Positions 36,291 to 49,720 of a stretch of 64,000 nt of DNA are shown here, piece after piece. How positions within the stretch are numbered: the first letter of the stretch is position 1; each line of letters opens with the position of its first letter. This DNA is from Mustelus asterias (Eukaryota): NCBI RefSeq assembly GCF_964213995.1, contig NW_027590122.1:806001-870000 (forward strand). Direction: 5' to 3'. The position numbers and the translations under genes were made by a program. The notes beneath the pieces were generated by a model. It ran no database searches. It saw only the letters and a list, made by a program, of their open reading frames with translations, and was not told the DNA's origin.

Positions 36291-36777
36291 AGGATTGCAA
36301 AATCTCTTCCCATCATTTTCTTCCAAGTCCCGCAGTTTGATTTGAAACAGCTCAGCTTCTGTTTGTAGCTTCACACACAGACTCAAACTTCACCACAGAC
36401 TCAAACTTTCTCCTCTGGCCAACATCTGTGAGGAAAATACTTTCTTTCGTCCCCTGGGAAATACAGAGACAGAGAAATTCTCTGGAACTGGAATTAGAGC
36501 TAAATATGCTGAGGGGGAAAATGTTTGTGATTTTGTGGAACCTGTTTTTATTGTCTGAGCTTTTTAAAGTGTAATTTATCCTGTCTATTCAAATACTGTT
36601 TCTTAATGAATGATTCAGTGATGATAATTTTAGATTATTTTTTAAAGTAAAAATTTAATAAATAAAACATTGTCTTTCAGTTTATTCCCTTGGGATTTGT
36701 GGGAATTTGTTTATTATAAGTTGACCATGAGGATCGTAAAAACATTGATATGTCTGGTGTTGTTATATGGTGCATAT

Positions 36778-36978
36778 GATGTGGAGATGCCGGTGTTGGA
36801 CTGGGGTGGGCACAGTAAGAAGTCTCACAACACCTGGTTAAAGTCCAACAGGTTTATTTGGAATCACGAGCTTTCAGAGCGCTGCTCCTTCTCACCTGAT
36901 GAAGGGGCAGCGCTGTGAAAGCTTGTGATTCCAAATAAACCTGTTGGACTTTAACCTGGTGTTGTGAGACTTCTTACT
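36778..36978. mobile_element. Penelope-like remnant forming a ~78-bp-arm hairpin
   Basis: agtaagaagtctcacaacacc..gctccttc / gaaggggcagcgct..gtgagacttcttact. Confidence 0.8.
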
Positions 36979-37935
36979 ATATGGTGCATATTAGGTATGT
37001 TATTTATGGATTTGTATTACAGTTGATGTTGTTTAATTCCAGAATAGTATTGTAACTACACTGTATATTTTCCAGTTAAAGAGTCAGCAGAGCACAAGAT
37101 AAATCAATTCAGCAGCTTGAGTCCGTGCCAAGTCTCTGTCGGGGAATCCACTCAGTGCCATTTTTCCTCCATATCCCTGTTCCCCAGTACGTTTCATTCC
37201 TTCAAGTGCCCGACCAATTTTATTTTGAAATCACTGGTCGTCTCCACTTCCACCACTCTCATCGTCAGTGAGTTCCAGAACATGATTGCTTGCTCCCATG
37301 TTAAGTTCTTCTGCACCCATCTGTATCTCTAATCATGTAATAGAGTTCTGAATATTGCATACATTTTTAGTTCACTAAATATGCAAATTTTTTATATGCT
37401 TGGACACAAGCCTGTGTGAAGATTTCAGGAATATGTGTCCTGTACATGAAACAGTCAGCATGGATCTGTCGATTAGGATGAATCAGCACCCTCAGGACAA
37501 TGTCTATTTCAGGTCCAGCAAAGTGAGAATGGAGGGAGAGTGTTTGGGATGGAGATTTACAAATTTTCAAGAATGAGAGGAAAGAATGTTCCACAGAAAC
37601 TAGAATTGTCTGTTCTGAGTTTTTATCCTGGACTGGCAGCAATGATTTTTGTGAATTTCTTTCACAGGCTATTAGAAGGGGAGAATTTACAGACACAAAT
37701 CTCAACAAACATGACGTTAGGATCTGACAGAGTCACCCAATTATTTAGGATCTGAATACCATCGACATTTGAAACTAGAATGGAAAATGTTTGTCTGTTC
37801 CTTCAAACTGTTTAAACATCAGTGTGACTGGAAAATCACTGAGACACATTCACTCGAGTGAGAGTATTCCAGTGAACTGACTGTGGAAAGAACTTTAACC
37901 AGTTACACAGCCTGGAAAAGACTGAAGGATTCACA

Positions 37936-38619
37936 GTGAGGAGAAAGACCATTTATGTGTTATCTGTGGGGTCAAACCTTCATCTGAACCTGGAGATTAC
38001 AAAGACACTCAGACCATGGAAATGTAGGGACTGTGGGAAGAGATTCAATTGTCCCTCGAAGCTGGAAACCCTTCGATGCAGCCACACTGTGGAGACACCG
38101 TTCACCTGCTCTGAGTTTGGAAGGGGATTTCGTGATTCATCCACCCTGAGGGATCACCAGCGACTTCACATCAGCGAGAGGCCATTCACCTGCTCTGAGT
38201 GTGGGAAGAAATTCAGCGATTCGTCTGCCCTGCTGACACACCAGCGGGTTCACAATGGGGAGAGACCATTCACCTGTTTTGTGTGTGGAAAGGGATTCAC
38301 TCAGTCATCTACCCTGCAGAACCACCAGCGTTTTCACATGGGTGAGGGACTGTTCCCCTGCTCAGAGCGTGGGAAGGGATTCACTCACTCATCCCTCCCG
38401 CTGACACACCAACGCATTCACACTGGGCCGAGGCCATTCATCTGCTCAGAGCGTGGGAAGGGATTCACTCACTCATCCCTCCCGCTGACACACCAACGCA
38501 TTCACACTGGGCCGAGGCCATTCATCTGCTCCGAGTGTGGGAAGGGATTCACTCACTCATCCCTCCCGCTGACACACCAATGCTTGTTCACCCAAGCTGC
38601 TGAGACACTATGGCAGTAA
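37936..38619 (+). pseudogene. Degenerate C2H2 zinc-finger gene
   Basis: TGERPF-type linkers; several fingers lack ligands (CSEF, CSER, TLRCSH); 84-bp triplication ~38360-38580; no ATG start. Confidence 0.8.
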
Positions 38620-38656
38620 CACCGATTAGTGACCTTTTGGATGCTCTGACGGTGGC

Positions 38657-39140
38657 TGTTAATTATATCAATAGAGGTTAAGTTTATTCAGATGGAGGGC
38701 ACTGATTAGATAGTTATAATGAGCAGGTATGAAGTGGGACTCACTAATATAGCTTGGAGTCAGAGTTGAACCTGTAATGTTTGATTCTGTGAACAAATCT
38801 AGACCAAATAAAGATTGACTCCACCCCAAGGCTGTCAGGATTATAACATGGTAACAGAAAATGCTTGTCTAATGGTGAAGGTTGGAAACTAAAAGAAAGT
38901 ATATTTCAGACGGAAGCTTCCAATCCCAGCAGCTTTTGTGAGAAATGACTGAAAGGCAGTGGGAATTGTCAGGGTCTGATTACCTGCTGATGCTCTCGGA
39001 GTCTGAACCATACAACCAGTGGAAGAATGAAGTGGCGATGTGGACACGGGTTACATCCCGATCAAGGAGGAAACAAGATCTGGCCTTGGCATTGTCACTT
39101 CCTAACACAAGGAAAATCAGCAACAAAGCATTTTCTGATC
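38657..39140 (+). mobile_element. LTR retrotransposon relic (5' LTR 38657-38848, PBS 38849-38859, gag start 38945), probably Ty1/Copia
   Basis: tgtta..aataaa..taaca followed by TGGTAACAGAA (tRNA-iMet PBS-like); gag-like EPYNQWKNEVAMWTRVT..KQDLALALSLP. Confidence 0.6.
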
Positions 39141-40568
39141 AGCCAAACTGCAGGTTGATACCTGCACTGGCACGGATGATTCATGTAAAGAATTCACTTC
39201 AGGTGGTTGGAGGGTAGAATCCCTGTCAATTGGTCTATGGGAGAAATCCCAGATTCCCCTCTGTGCCGGGCGATCGCCCTCCTGCTTTAAAGGGATACAA
39301 TTAGTTCCATTTTCAGTCATCAATTATCTGATTGTTCCATGAAAAGAATTGCTCGAAGCAACAAATTATTGGAGATACCAGAAGAGGGTTTCTTCATGTG
39401 TAACGTTTGGACTGAAGAAGAAAAACCATCTTTTTCTTCGATTTGTTTTGAAACACTTTGTGTGAATTTTTGCGATCCCGGTCAGGACTGTTAATGTTTG
39501 CAGAGAAATTCGAACACCCAGTGATTAACTGAAAGAATTACATCACAAGATTCCACATTTTTAAACAAAAACAAACTTTACTGTATGTTTAAATAAAATT
39601 TAAAAAGACAACACTACAAATTGAATACTACAGTCGATAAAGATTTATGATATAAATCTAGTTCCATTTTTTTACCTCACCCCAAGAGTTTCTTTATACT
39701 CAGCACACTGCTGGGTTCCATGTCCAGGAATTCAGCCCACTGAAGATGGAAATTACTGCTTGCAGTCTTTTCTGAAACTTTTCTTCTTCCAATAATTATA
39801 ATCCAAAGTTCCTCCTGCAAAAGGAGAGTCTTCATTGCTGTTCATTTGTGAATTTTCAAGTTCTATTTTGAAAACAGTCTGTACAGAGTTCACATTTTGA
39901 AATTTATTTTCTTTCACGTTTGCAGTTCCTCCATTGTTTAAATCCAGAGAGAATATTCCACTCAATTCCACATTGAAATGTCTTCTTCTTGCTCAGTTGT
40001 AGCTGGAGCTTCATTTTTAATTTCATTTCCCAGACTCAAACATTCTGGATTCTCTTTTGGAGAGAGCAAGTTCAAAATAGCTTCTGTTTGTGTCAACAAC
40101 TCCTTCCTTCACTGGTCAAAATCTTCTTCTGCCATTTTAAGAATGTTGTTAAAATGCATTTTATTTTCTGGCAAAACTGTTTGATGTTCCTGTTTGGAAA
40201 ATCTGGGATCTCGGGCTTCAGAAATTGAGGAATTGAAAACAAAAGCAGGGAGGTTATTCTGATAGTTTCTAAAGCTCTGGTGAGGCCACACCAGAACACT
40301 GAGCCCAGCTCAGGTTACTGCTCTTTAGAAAGGTTGGGAGGCTCCAGCAGAAAGAAACCCTCCAACCCTCCCATTTCACCAACTATCAGAATGAACATGG
40401 TTGAGTCCTGGTTATGATTAACATGATGTGGAGATGCCGGCATTGGACTGGGGTAAGCACAGTGAAAAGTCTCACAACACCAGGTTAAAGTCCAAACTTT
40501 AACCTGGTGTTGTGAGACTTCTTACTGTGATTAACAGCAGCAATAACAGCACAATCCACCCCCTGCAA

Positions 40569-41663
40569 TCACTTGTGAACTCGCTGATGTGTCTTCAGGA
40601 TGGATAACCGAGTGAATCCCTTCCCACATTCAGAGCAGGGGAACGGCCTCTCCCCAGTGTGGATTCGCTGGTGTGTCCGCAGGTGGGATAATCGAGTGAA
40701 CCCCTTTCCACACACAGAGCAGGTGAACGGTCTCTCCCCGGTGTGAATTTGTTGATGTGTTTGCAGATTGGATAACTGCGTGAATGCTTTCCCACACTCG
40801 GAGCAGGGGAATGGCCTCTCCTTGGTGTGAACTCGCTGATGTCTCAGCAGGGCGGATGAATGAAAGAATCTCTTCCCACAGTCAGAACACGTGAACGGTT
40901 TCTCGCCTGTGTGAATTCGCTGGTGTGTCTGCAGGATGGATAACCGAGAGAATTCCTCTCCACATTGACAGCAGGTGAATAGCTTCTCCCTACTGTGAAC
41001 TCGCTGGTGAGTTTTCAAGATGGAAAACCGAGTAAATCCCTTCCCACAATCGGAGCAGGGGAATGGCCTCTCCCCGGTGTGAATTCGCTGGTGTGTCTGT
41101 AGGTGGGCTGACCGAGTGAATCCCTTCCCACATTCAGAGCAGGTGAACGGCCTCTCCCCAGTGTGAACTCGCTGGTGTGTTCGCAGGGTAGATGAATAAA
41201 TGAATCCCTTCCCACACTCAGAACAGGTGAACGGCCTCTCACTAGCATGAAATCGCTGGTGCATCTGCAGTTTACAGGACCGAGTGAATCCCTTCCCACA
41301 CTCAGAGCAGGTGAACGGCCTCTCCCCAGTGTGAACCCGCTGGTGTACCAGGAGGTGGGAGGACCACGAGAATCCCTTTCCACAAACAGAACAGGTGAAT
41401 GGCTTGTTTCCAGTGTGAATTTTCTGGTGTTCTAACAGGTTGGATGAGCGAGAGAATCCTTTCCCACACACAGAGCAGGTGAAGGGCCTCTCTCCTGTGT
41501 GAACTCGCTGGTGTGTGTGCAGATCAGATGAATTAGTAAATCCCTTCCCACACTTAGAGCAGGTGAACGGTCTCTCCCCAGTGTGTCTGCGTCGATGAAT
41601 TTCCAGCTCGGATGGAGATCTGAATCCTTTCCCACAGTCCCCACATTTCCACGGTTTCTCCGT
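40569..41663 (-). CDS. C2H2 zinc-finger gene (~13 fingers); expected start codon is ACG
   Basis: Open frame from (T)EKPWKCGDC to HQRVHK*; the paralog at 52622 has ATG at the same position. Confidence 0.8.
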   Translation of the reverse strand, partial: TEKPWKCGDCGKGFRSPSELEIHRRRHTGERPFTCSKCGKGFTNSSDLHTHQRVHTGERPFTCSVCGKGFSRSSNLLEHQKIHTGNKPFTCSVCGKGFSWSSHLLVHQRVHTGERPFTCSECGKGFTRSCKLQMHQRFHASERPFTCSECGKGFIYSSTLRTHQRVHTGERPFTCSECGKGFTRSAHLQTHQRIHTGERPFPCSDCGKGFTRFSILKTHQRVHSREKLFTCCQCGEEFSRLSILQTHQRIHTGEKPFTCSDCGKRFFHSSALLRHQRVHTKERPFPCSECGKAFTQLSNLQTHQQIHTGERPFTCSVCGKGFTRLSHLRTHQRIHTGERPFPCSECGKGFTRLSILKTHQRVHK

Positions 41664-42589
41664 GGTGCAGGCGTCCTTGTGTTTCTCCAGGTTTGTTGAT
41701 CAGCCGAGGTGTCCACACACTCAGCACAGATATGGTCTTTCTCTCCTGTAATGTTTCTTTAGATTATCTAACTGGTCAAAGCTCTTTCCTCAGTCAGTGC
41801 ACTGGAACGCTCTCATTTGCATGTGTGTTTCGTGCTTTTCAAGTCACACTGATGTTTAAAATTTTCTGAAGCAGACAGAACAGAGAAACATTCTCCTTCT
41901 CGATTCAAAGGCCAATGATATTCAGGTCCTGACGATCGAGCGATTCTGGCCATTCTTCACCTGACATTTGGTTTGAGAATTCTGTCTGCAAATCCTCACC
42001 TTCTGATATTCTGTAAAAGGAATTTCCAAAAGTTGTCTCTGTCAGTGCAGGATTAACATTCAGCACAGACATTTCTAGTTTCTGTGGTCATATAACTGGA
42101 CTAAAAATATGGTATAAATATTGCATTTCTTAATTAGAGAGAGGTGGGAAGGGGAAAGTGAGGAAGAACTTTATCTTGACAGCGAGTGGTCAAAATCTGG
42201 AATGTCTCTGAGGATGGTTAAAAAGACAAAGTTTCAAAATGATATTGGGCGGACACTCGAAGGAAAATGACAAACACGGTAAGGGGATAAAGAGGACGGA
42301 ATGGGACTGAGTGGATTGGAATCCAGAGAGTTGACAGGGACTCAAATTTTAAACCAGATTCCTTCTGATCTGTACTGTCACAGACTGGAAATATGTAACA
42401 TGGTTACAGTACTAGATTACAAGAATGGAAATAATAAATATATTCTATAACTGAAACATGATGATTATATCTAATGTGTACTATAAAACAACACTGGACA
42501 TATCTCTATTGTTATCTCCCCATAGAGACCAGTAACCTTATGGGGAGATGGTGGCATTGTGGTATTGTCACTGGACGAGTAATCCAAAG

Positions 42590-43865
42590 ACCCAGAGTGA
42601 TGTCAGACAACTCCAAAATGGACAAGGTTTCACTTCCTAAATGATTTTCCAGCAAGCTGCTTATGTGCTGTTGGAGTATTGACACCTACCTAATAATGTC
42701 AAAAATTGCCCAGGTTTGGGCCGTCCACAGAAAGCAGGACAAATCCAGCCTGGCCAAGTGCAGCCACATCAGTTCTTTTTGTTATGTATTCAATTCCCCT
42801 CACAAAACCATAACATTGTTTTACCTTTCCTAATTTTTAAAAGTTCCTCTGTGGGATCTGGGCATTGCTGATTAAGCCGACATTTATTGCTAATTGCCCT
42901 CAAGAAAGGAGTGGTGAGCTGCCTTCTTGAACTGCTGCAGTCCATGTGGTGCAGCTACACAGTGCTGTTAGGAAGAGAGTTACAGGATTTTGATCATCAG
43001 CAAAGTGATGGAAAGGGTTCTAGACAGTGCAATCAAATGGTACTTATAAAATAATAATTTGCTCCCTGAAGCTCAGTTTGGGTTCCACCAGAGCCACTCA
43101 GCTCCTAAACTCACTACAGCCTTGATCTAAACATGGATAAAAGAGGTCAACACGAGGAATCCTGTCTAAATTGAGGTTAATGGGAATCAGGGCAAAACCT
43201 CTGCACGAGTTCAGTCACACCTCACACAAATAGAGATCAGGTTACAGTCCAACAGGTTTATTTGAAATCACGAGCTTTCATCAGGTGAAGGAGCAGCACT
43301 CCAAAAGCTTGTGATTCCAAATAAACCTGTTGGACTTTAACCTGGTGTTGTGAGACTTCTTACTGGGCCCACCCCAGTCCAATGCTGGCATCTCCAGATC
43401 ACAAGTATAGATGGTTGTGATTTTTGGAGATCAGTCATTTCAGGCCCAAGACATCACTTCAGGAGTTCCTCAGAGTCCTGTCCTTGGTCCAACCAACTCC
43501 AGTGACTTCTTCAATAACTTCCCTCCGCCATAAGCTCAGAAAAGGGGGGGCTCGGGAGGGGATGTTCACTGGTGATAATACAAAGTTCAGCACTGTTCAT
43601 GACTCCCCAGATATTGAAGCAGTCCATGTCCAAAAGCAGCAAGACCTGGATAATGTTCAGGTTTGGGCTAATAAGTGACAAGTAACCTTCACGACACACA
43701 AATGTCAGCCAATGCCATCCCCAACAAGAGGGAATCTAACCATCATCTCCATGATATTAAATGGCATTACCATCAATGAATTCCCCAACTATCAACATCC
43801 TGGGGATTACCGTTGACCAAAAACTGAACTGGACTAGACATATGAATACTGGACCTACAAGAGCC
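42590..43865 (+). mobile_element. Old decayed LINE RT fragment, interrupted by LINE-tail and Penelope remnants
   Basis: caggagttcctcag..tcctt.gtccaacc (GVPQGS-like), gatgttcactggtgat (FADD-like), caagacctggataat..tgggctaataagtg. Confidence 0.6.
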
Positions 43866-44169
43866 TGTGTCTAAAAGAGACAATACACATCTCTTTAACT
43901 TGTGCTTAACCCTCTCTCCACTCACATTGTCTGGACCTTTAAGACTTGATTACCTGAAAAGACTCGCATTCCAATCATTATCTTGTAAATTGAGTTTGTG
44001 TCTTTGTGCCCTGTTTGTGAACAGAACTCGCACTCACCTGATGAAGGAGCAGAGCTCCGAAAGCGAGTGGCTTTTGCTACCAAATAAACCTGTTGGACTT
44101 TAACCTGGTGGTGTGAGACTTCTTGTGACAAGAGCAGGTCAGAGACTGGGAATCCTCCCCAGAGTCCAG

Positions 44170-44900
44170 CCACAATGGCCGCGCCTGCGCACTGCAGTAC
44201 ATGGCCCATGATCAAGATGGCGCATGCGCATTGCAGAATGTTGCCCCCTATAAAGATGGCGGCGCTAACCCGAGCCTTCAACCGCAGAACAAAAAAAACG
44301 ACGGCTCCTGTGTGGCAAATGGAAGGCCGATGGTTTTTCGTTGGCGGTTCTGGGCCTACACCGTGTGTTTATTTAGCCTCCCACACTACCCGCCGGCTCC
44401 AGTGTTTCCCGCTCACCTCGTTTCTGAATCTGACCCGCTGCCAGTTTCCAACCAAACTGACCCCATCCGGATTCGACAATGCGCATGCTCCAGCTCGCTG
44501 GGCCCGGGAACAGATTGACGGCAGCTCCGGACCAATCAGAGTGAATGAGGGGCGGGGATGGAGGACCAAGCGGGACCGGCTGGTCCTCCAACCAATCAGA
44601 GTGAATGAGGGGCGGGGCTGGAGGACCGTGCGGGAGCGGCGGGTCCTCCAACCAATCAGAGTGAATGAGGGGCGGAGCCTCGGGCATGCGCAGTGCGGGA
44701 AATGGCGACAGACGGATCCCGGGTCAATAGGAGGTGAAGAGCGGCGCGCGGTGAATGTGGCGGTTGGAGAGGCTTCGGAAACATGTTGTTCAAATCCCGG
44801 GAAAGAACATCCCGGTCCCCCCGTTTGTACCAAATGGAGCCGCAGCTGGTAGTGTTGGGCCTGGGCCGACTGCCGCCATTCTGTAGGTGGGAATGTGAAT
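44170..44900. promoter_or_regulatory. CpG-island, probably bidirectional promoter with 3 x 60-bp CCAAT/GC-box repeats (44531-44680)
   Basis: accaatcagagtgaatgaggggcggg at 44531, 44591, 44651; YY1-like aagatggcg and NRF1-like gcgcatgcgc; lies between divergent ZNF genes. Confidence 0.75.
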
Positions 44901-47103
44901 CAGTGCGCATGTGTCAGGCCATTCCACCCATCGAGGCTGCTCTGCCATTCAGTGCTTCATCTGATCATTGCCTTCACTCAATGTTCCTCCAGCCCCAACC
45001 TCCCCAACCCACCACTCCCTTGTCGGTAAAAATGGTGTACAACACAGCCCTGAATATACCCAATGATGTGGAGATGCCGGCGTTGGACTGGGGTAAACAC
45101 AGTAAGCGTAACCTGGTGTTGTTAAAACGCTTACTGTGTGTATACCCAATGAGCCAGCTTCCATTGCTCACTGAAGGAGAGAATTGCACAGGCTACTGGA
45201 CCTCTGAGCGAAGCGATTTCTCCTCATCTGTCTTCAACCCTTCCTTTTAAACTGTCTCTGCAGTTCCACATTTCCCTCTGAGGGGAAACATCCTTGCAGC
45301 ACTTATCCTGTCAAGCACCCACAGAATCTTATATGCTTCAGTTACAACATTTATCTAAAATCTAATGAGTATAGGTACACCCTGCCCAATGTTTCCTCAT
45401 TTAAAAAAAACACTTCGTGCCTGGAATCAGCTCAGTGAACCTTGTCTGAATTACTTCCAATGTAAGCATATCCCATTTTACATAATCCTGCACCCTTTTA
45501 CAGGGGGTTAAAAGGGGAGCAATCGCAAACCAAGAAAAATGTTTATCTCTTATTTTCTAACCACAGTTGACACATGACTCTTGTAATCTCCTTTTACAGG
45601 GAGTTGGAAGATTTGAAGTCTGTGATTTCTCTGATTCCAATGCTTCTGATATCTTTCCAGCTGCAGCAGGAGGTTTTCAAATAGTTCCAGAAGTGAGTAT
45701 TATTGAGCATTCATCTACAATCCAGTGCTTTTAGTGCTATGCTCTGTTATTTGTGCTCTGTTCTACCTCTCAGGCTGGTCTGAGTCCTTTCATTTGGATC
45801 TGAATCTATATCCATCCATTGCTCTGTTTCACCTCTGCCCTCTCTGATTACCTCTGTCATTGTTTAACTCTCTATTTTTCTAGTGGTAGATTTATTTTAA
45901 CCGTGTTTGGTACTTTACTGTTATTTTCTTGCAACTGTATCTAAATGAAGCTTTCACCTTTTCCCATCCCTCAGCTATGTGCTTCTGATGTACCATCTTT
46001 ATCTTCCAATGGTCAGGAATTATTTTTCCTGCACTGGAGATCATTTCTCTTTTGCTCATTGGCTGATATTAAACATCAAATCTGCACCATAATTCCCTGG
46101 AATTGAAGATTTGAACTTACTGTCAGATTAGCCATGATCTTATTAAATGGTGGAGCAGGCTTGAGGGGCTGAATGGCCTACGCTTGATCCTGATTGTATA
46201 TCCATATGGATTCTGCACACCCTGATATTTTAACTCTGTTCTCTTGCCACAGTTACTTGCTAACAAGTTAAGTATTTTCAGTATTTGCTCTTTTTATTTC
46301 AGATTTTCAGCAACCACAGTATTTTGCTATTATTTTGTTGCAGGCGTTTGTCCCAGAACCGAGCCTTGAAGCACAGATTGACCAATTAAGAATGACTTGT
46401 ATCGGGGCGGGTGTTGGTTGTGGATGTTGATCTGTGTTTTCCAGTTACACACACTTTTTCACAGTGTTGGTGTGATTGAAATGTGGCACACTCATGATGC
46501 CACAATTAGATCAGTACAGATATCTCACAGGGTTGTGTGATGGAGGAGATTTCAGAGATGGGGTGGTTAAGTCTAGAGGTACAGGGTCGGAAGCTCAGTT
46601 TTGGGTAAAGGATGGCAGTAATGTTGTGAAATTAATTTCACTTCAGATAGTTGCTCGGGAGAAGGATAGCGCGGTTAGGGAGTGAAGTTTGTATTGGGGC
46701 AATCTCTCTCGTGTGTATGTATATATTATGTGTATATATATCACTCTCTATCTCTCTTCACCCATTGTGTCCAGAGTCTTGTGAAGGCACAGAACAGATG
46801 GCAGGTTCTCTTCCCTGAAGGATATTACTGAACCTGTCTGATTTTTGTGACAATCCAGCAGTTTCCATGGTCACGTTTTCCTAGTGCCTGCCCCACAAAT
46901 TACCAGATTCATTCAGCTCAATTTCACAACCTGCCTTTGTGTTCTTGTGGGTTCTCTCTCACGCCCTTTTTTCTGTTTTAAATCAATTTCACAGGGTTTT
47001 AGAAGGGGAGGATTTGCAGTCAGGAAACAGAAATCAAACATCACATCAAAATCTGACGGGGTCACCTAATTTATCATAACCTGAATTTCATCGGATTTTG
47101 AAC

Positions 47104-48226
47104 ATGGAAGGAAAAAGCACTGTTCACAGTGGAGAGAAACTGTACGTGTGTTCTGTGTGTGGGCGAGGCTTCAGCCAGTCATCTGGCCTGTCGAGACACA
47201 AGCGCAGTCACACCAGGGAGAAGGTGTGGAAATGTGGGGACTGTGGGAAGGAATTCAGTCATTCATCTGCCCTGCAGAATCACCAGCGACTTCATAGTGG
47301 GGAGAGGCCGTTCACCTGCCCCGAGTGTGGGAAGGGATTCACTCGGTCAGCAACCTTGCTGAATCACCGGCGAGTTCACACTGGGGAGAGGCCATTCCCC
47401 TGCTCTCAGTGTGGGAAGGGATTCACTCAGTTATCCCACCTGCTGACACACCAACGTGATCACACTGGGGAAAAGCCATTCACCTGTTCCGTGTGTAGGA
47501 AGAGTTTCACTCGGTCATCCCACCTACAGACGCACCAGCGAGTTCACTCTGGAGAGAGACCATTTACCTGCTCTGAGTGTGGGAAGGGATTCATTCAATT
47601 ATCCAACCTCTTGGTTCACTGGCAGGTTCACACTGGGGAGAGACCGTTCACCTGCTCCGAGTGTGGGAAGGGATTCACTCAGTCCGGCAGCCTGCATTTA
47701 CACAAACTGACTCACACTGGGGAGAAGCCATTCACCTGGCTCCGAGTGTGGGAAGGGATTCACTCGGCCATCTGACTTGCTGATACACCAGCGAGTTCAC
47801 ACTGACGAGAGACCTTTTAAATGCCCAGACTGTGGGAAGTGCTATAAAAGTTCCAGCCAACTGATGTCCCATCAACGCGTTCACACGGACGAGAGACCAT
47901 TCAAGTGCACTGACTGCGGGACTGGGTTCAGGAGTTCAACAAACCTGACTGTTCACCAACGAATTCACACCGGGGAGAGACCGTTCACCTGCTCCGAGTG
48001 CGGGAAGGGATTCACTGATTTATCCACCCTGCTGAAACACCAGCGCACACACACTGGAGAAAGGCCATTCACCTGCCCTAAATGTGGGAAGGGATTCACT
48101 CAGTCAGCCAACCTGCAGAGGCACCAGCGAATTCACACTGGGGAGAGGCCATTCACCTGTTCCCAGTGCGGGAAAGGATTCATCGAGTTATCCAATCTGC
48201 TGAGACACCAGTCAGTTCACGAGTAA
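47104..48226 (+). CDS. C2H2 zinc-finger gene (~13 fingers) with one +1 frameshift at ~47738
   Basis: ORFs 47098-47775 and 47777-48226 are joined by ttcacctgGctccgag; may be a pseudogene or an assembly indel. Confidence 0.85.
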
Positions 48227-49384
48227 CTACCACAATTTGGTTTTGCTGTTAACCACATCCATGTTCACTGGGATCTGGGTGTTTTTCTTCCTCCTCTTCC
48301 GATTTTACTTGGAATCACCACAAAGCTGCTTCACCATCTCCTCCTGTCAGTCACCATCCCTCTCCCAATCCCACTGTATTTCTGATTCTGTCCACCACAT
48401 CTTTCCATCTGGTCTTAGACATTCCTCCTCTCCTTCTTCCTGACAGTCCCATGTCCATCACTCCCCTCACCACATTTCCTCCCTCACTCTCCATAACAGA
48501 TGTCCAGACCATTTCAATCTCTTCTCCACTACATAGAAACATAAAAACTAGAAGCAGGAGTAGGCCATTCGGCCCTTCGATCCTGCTGCGCCATTCATTA
48601 TGATCATGGCTGATCATCAAATTCAATATCCTGATCCCTTTAGTCCCAAGAGCTATATCTAATTTCTTCTTGAAATCACACAATGTTTTGGCCTCAACTA
48701 CTTTGTGATTGTAGATTCTTTCTTTTCAAGTTCAGTGATGATTTTCTATCACCGAATATTCCACTGCACATCTTCCAATTACTGCAGCCAGAGCTAATCT
48801 GTTTCTTCATTTCCAAATTTCCATCTCCTCCCATCACTGACCCCAGGAACTTGAAGCTACTCATATTCTTCAAGTCTTCACCCATAATCTTTACCTTCAC
48901 TCTCATCCCCTTCCCTAATCTCAACTTGACAGTCCAGAAATTGGATCTTTGGTTCATTAGTGTCCTTGAGGGAGGGAAATCTGCCATTCTTACCTGATCT
49001 GTACAGACTTGAAACGTTAACTCTGTTTCTCTTTCCACAGATGCTGCCAAACCTGCTGAGTTTTTCCCAAATTTTCTGTTTTATTTCAGATTTCAAGCAT
49101 CCACAGTAATTTGCTTTTACTTAATCCAATCTTCTTATTGCATTGACCTTCCTGATATTTTTCTATCATTTGTCTTTAAAAATACCTTTGTGCTCTGTTT
49201 CTGCTGATGTTGATAAACTCGATCCCGATCATATTCTGGATAAAAGTCAAATAAATCAGCTTTGTGTTGGAACAGCCAGTGTGGTTAATAATTTTAATAT
49301 CTCTAACACAAGTTAGCTCTTTTTAAAACATCCTCGGTATCCCAGTCTCCTCCATTCTTGCCAAAGCAACGAGTGTGAGGAGCT

Positions 49385-49720
49385 CATGGAATCATAGAAT
49401 CCCTGCAATGTGGAAGGAGGCCATTCGGCCCATTCAGTCTACACCAACTCTCCAACAGAGCATATTACCTCGGCCCTATCCCCATGCATCCATCATGGCC
49501 AATACACCCAACCCACATATCTTTAGACACTAAGGGGCAATTTAGCATGGCCAAGCCACCTAACCTGCACATCTTTGGACTGTGGTAGGAAAGCAGAGCA
49601 CCCGGAGGAAACCCACACAGACTTCAGGAGAACGTGCAAACTGCCCACCTGGTCTGGAATTGAACCTGGGTCTCTGGCGCTGTGAGGCAGCAATGCTACC
49701 ACTCTGCCTCTGTGCTGCCC
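49385..49720 (-). mobile_element. HE1-like SINE
   Basis: Same consensus as the 12212-12558 copy. Confidence 0.8.

Noticed and set aside
44175-45250. Several overlapping 100-225 aa ORFs
   Set aside because: Expected from a GC-rich island with 60-bp repeats; no domain signature
47730-47745. Programmed frameshift in a ZNF gene
   Set aside because: No slippery site; similar single-base indels at ~61060, 62117 and 63290 suggest mutation or assembly error
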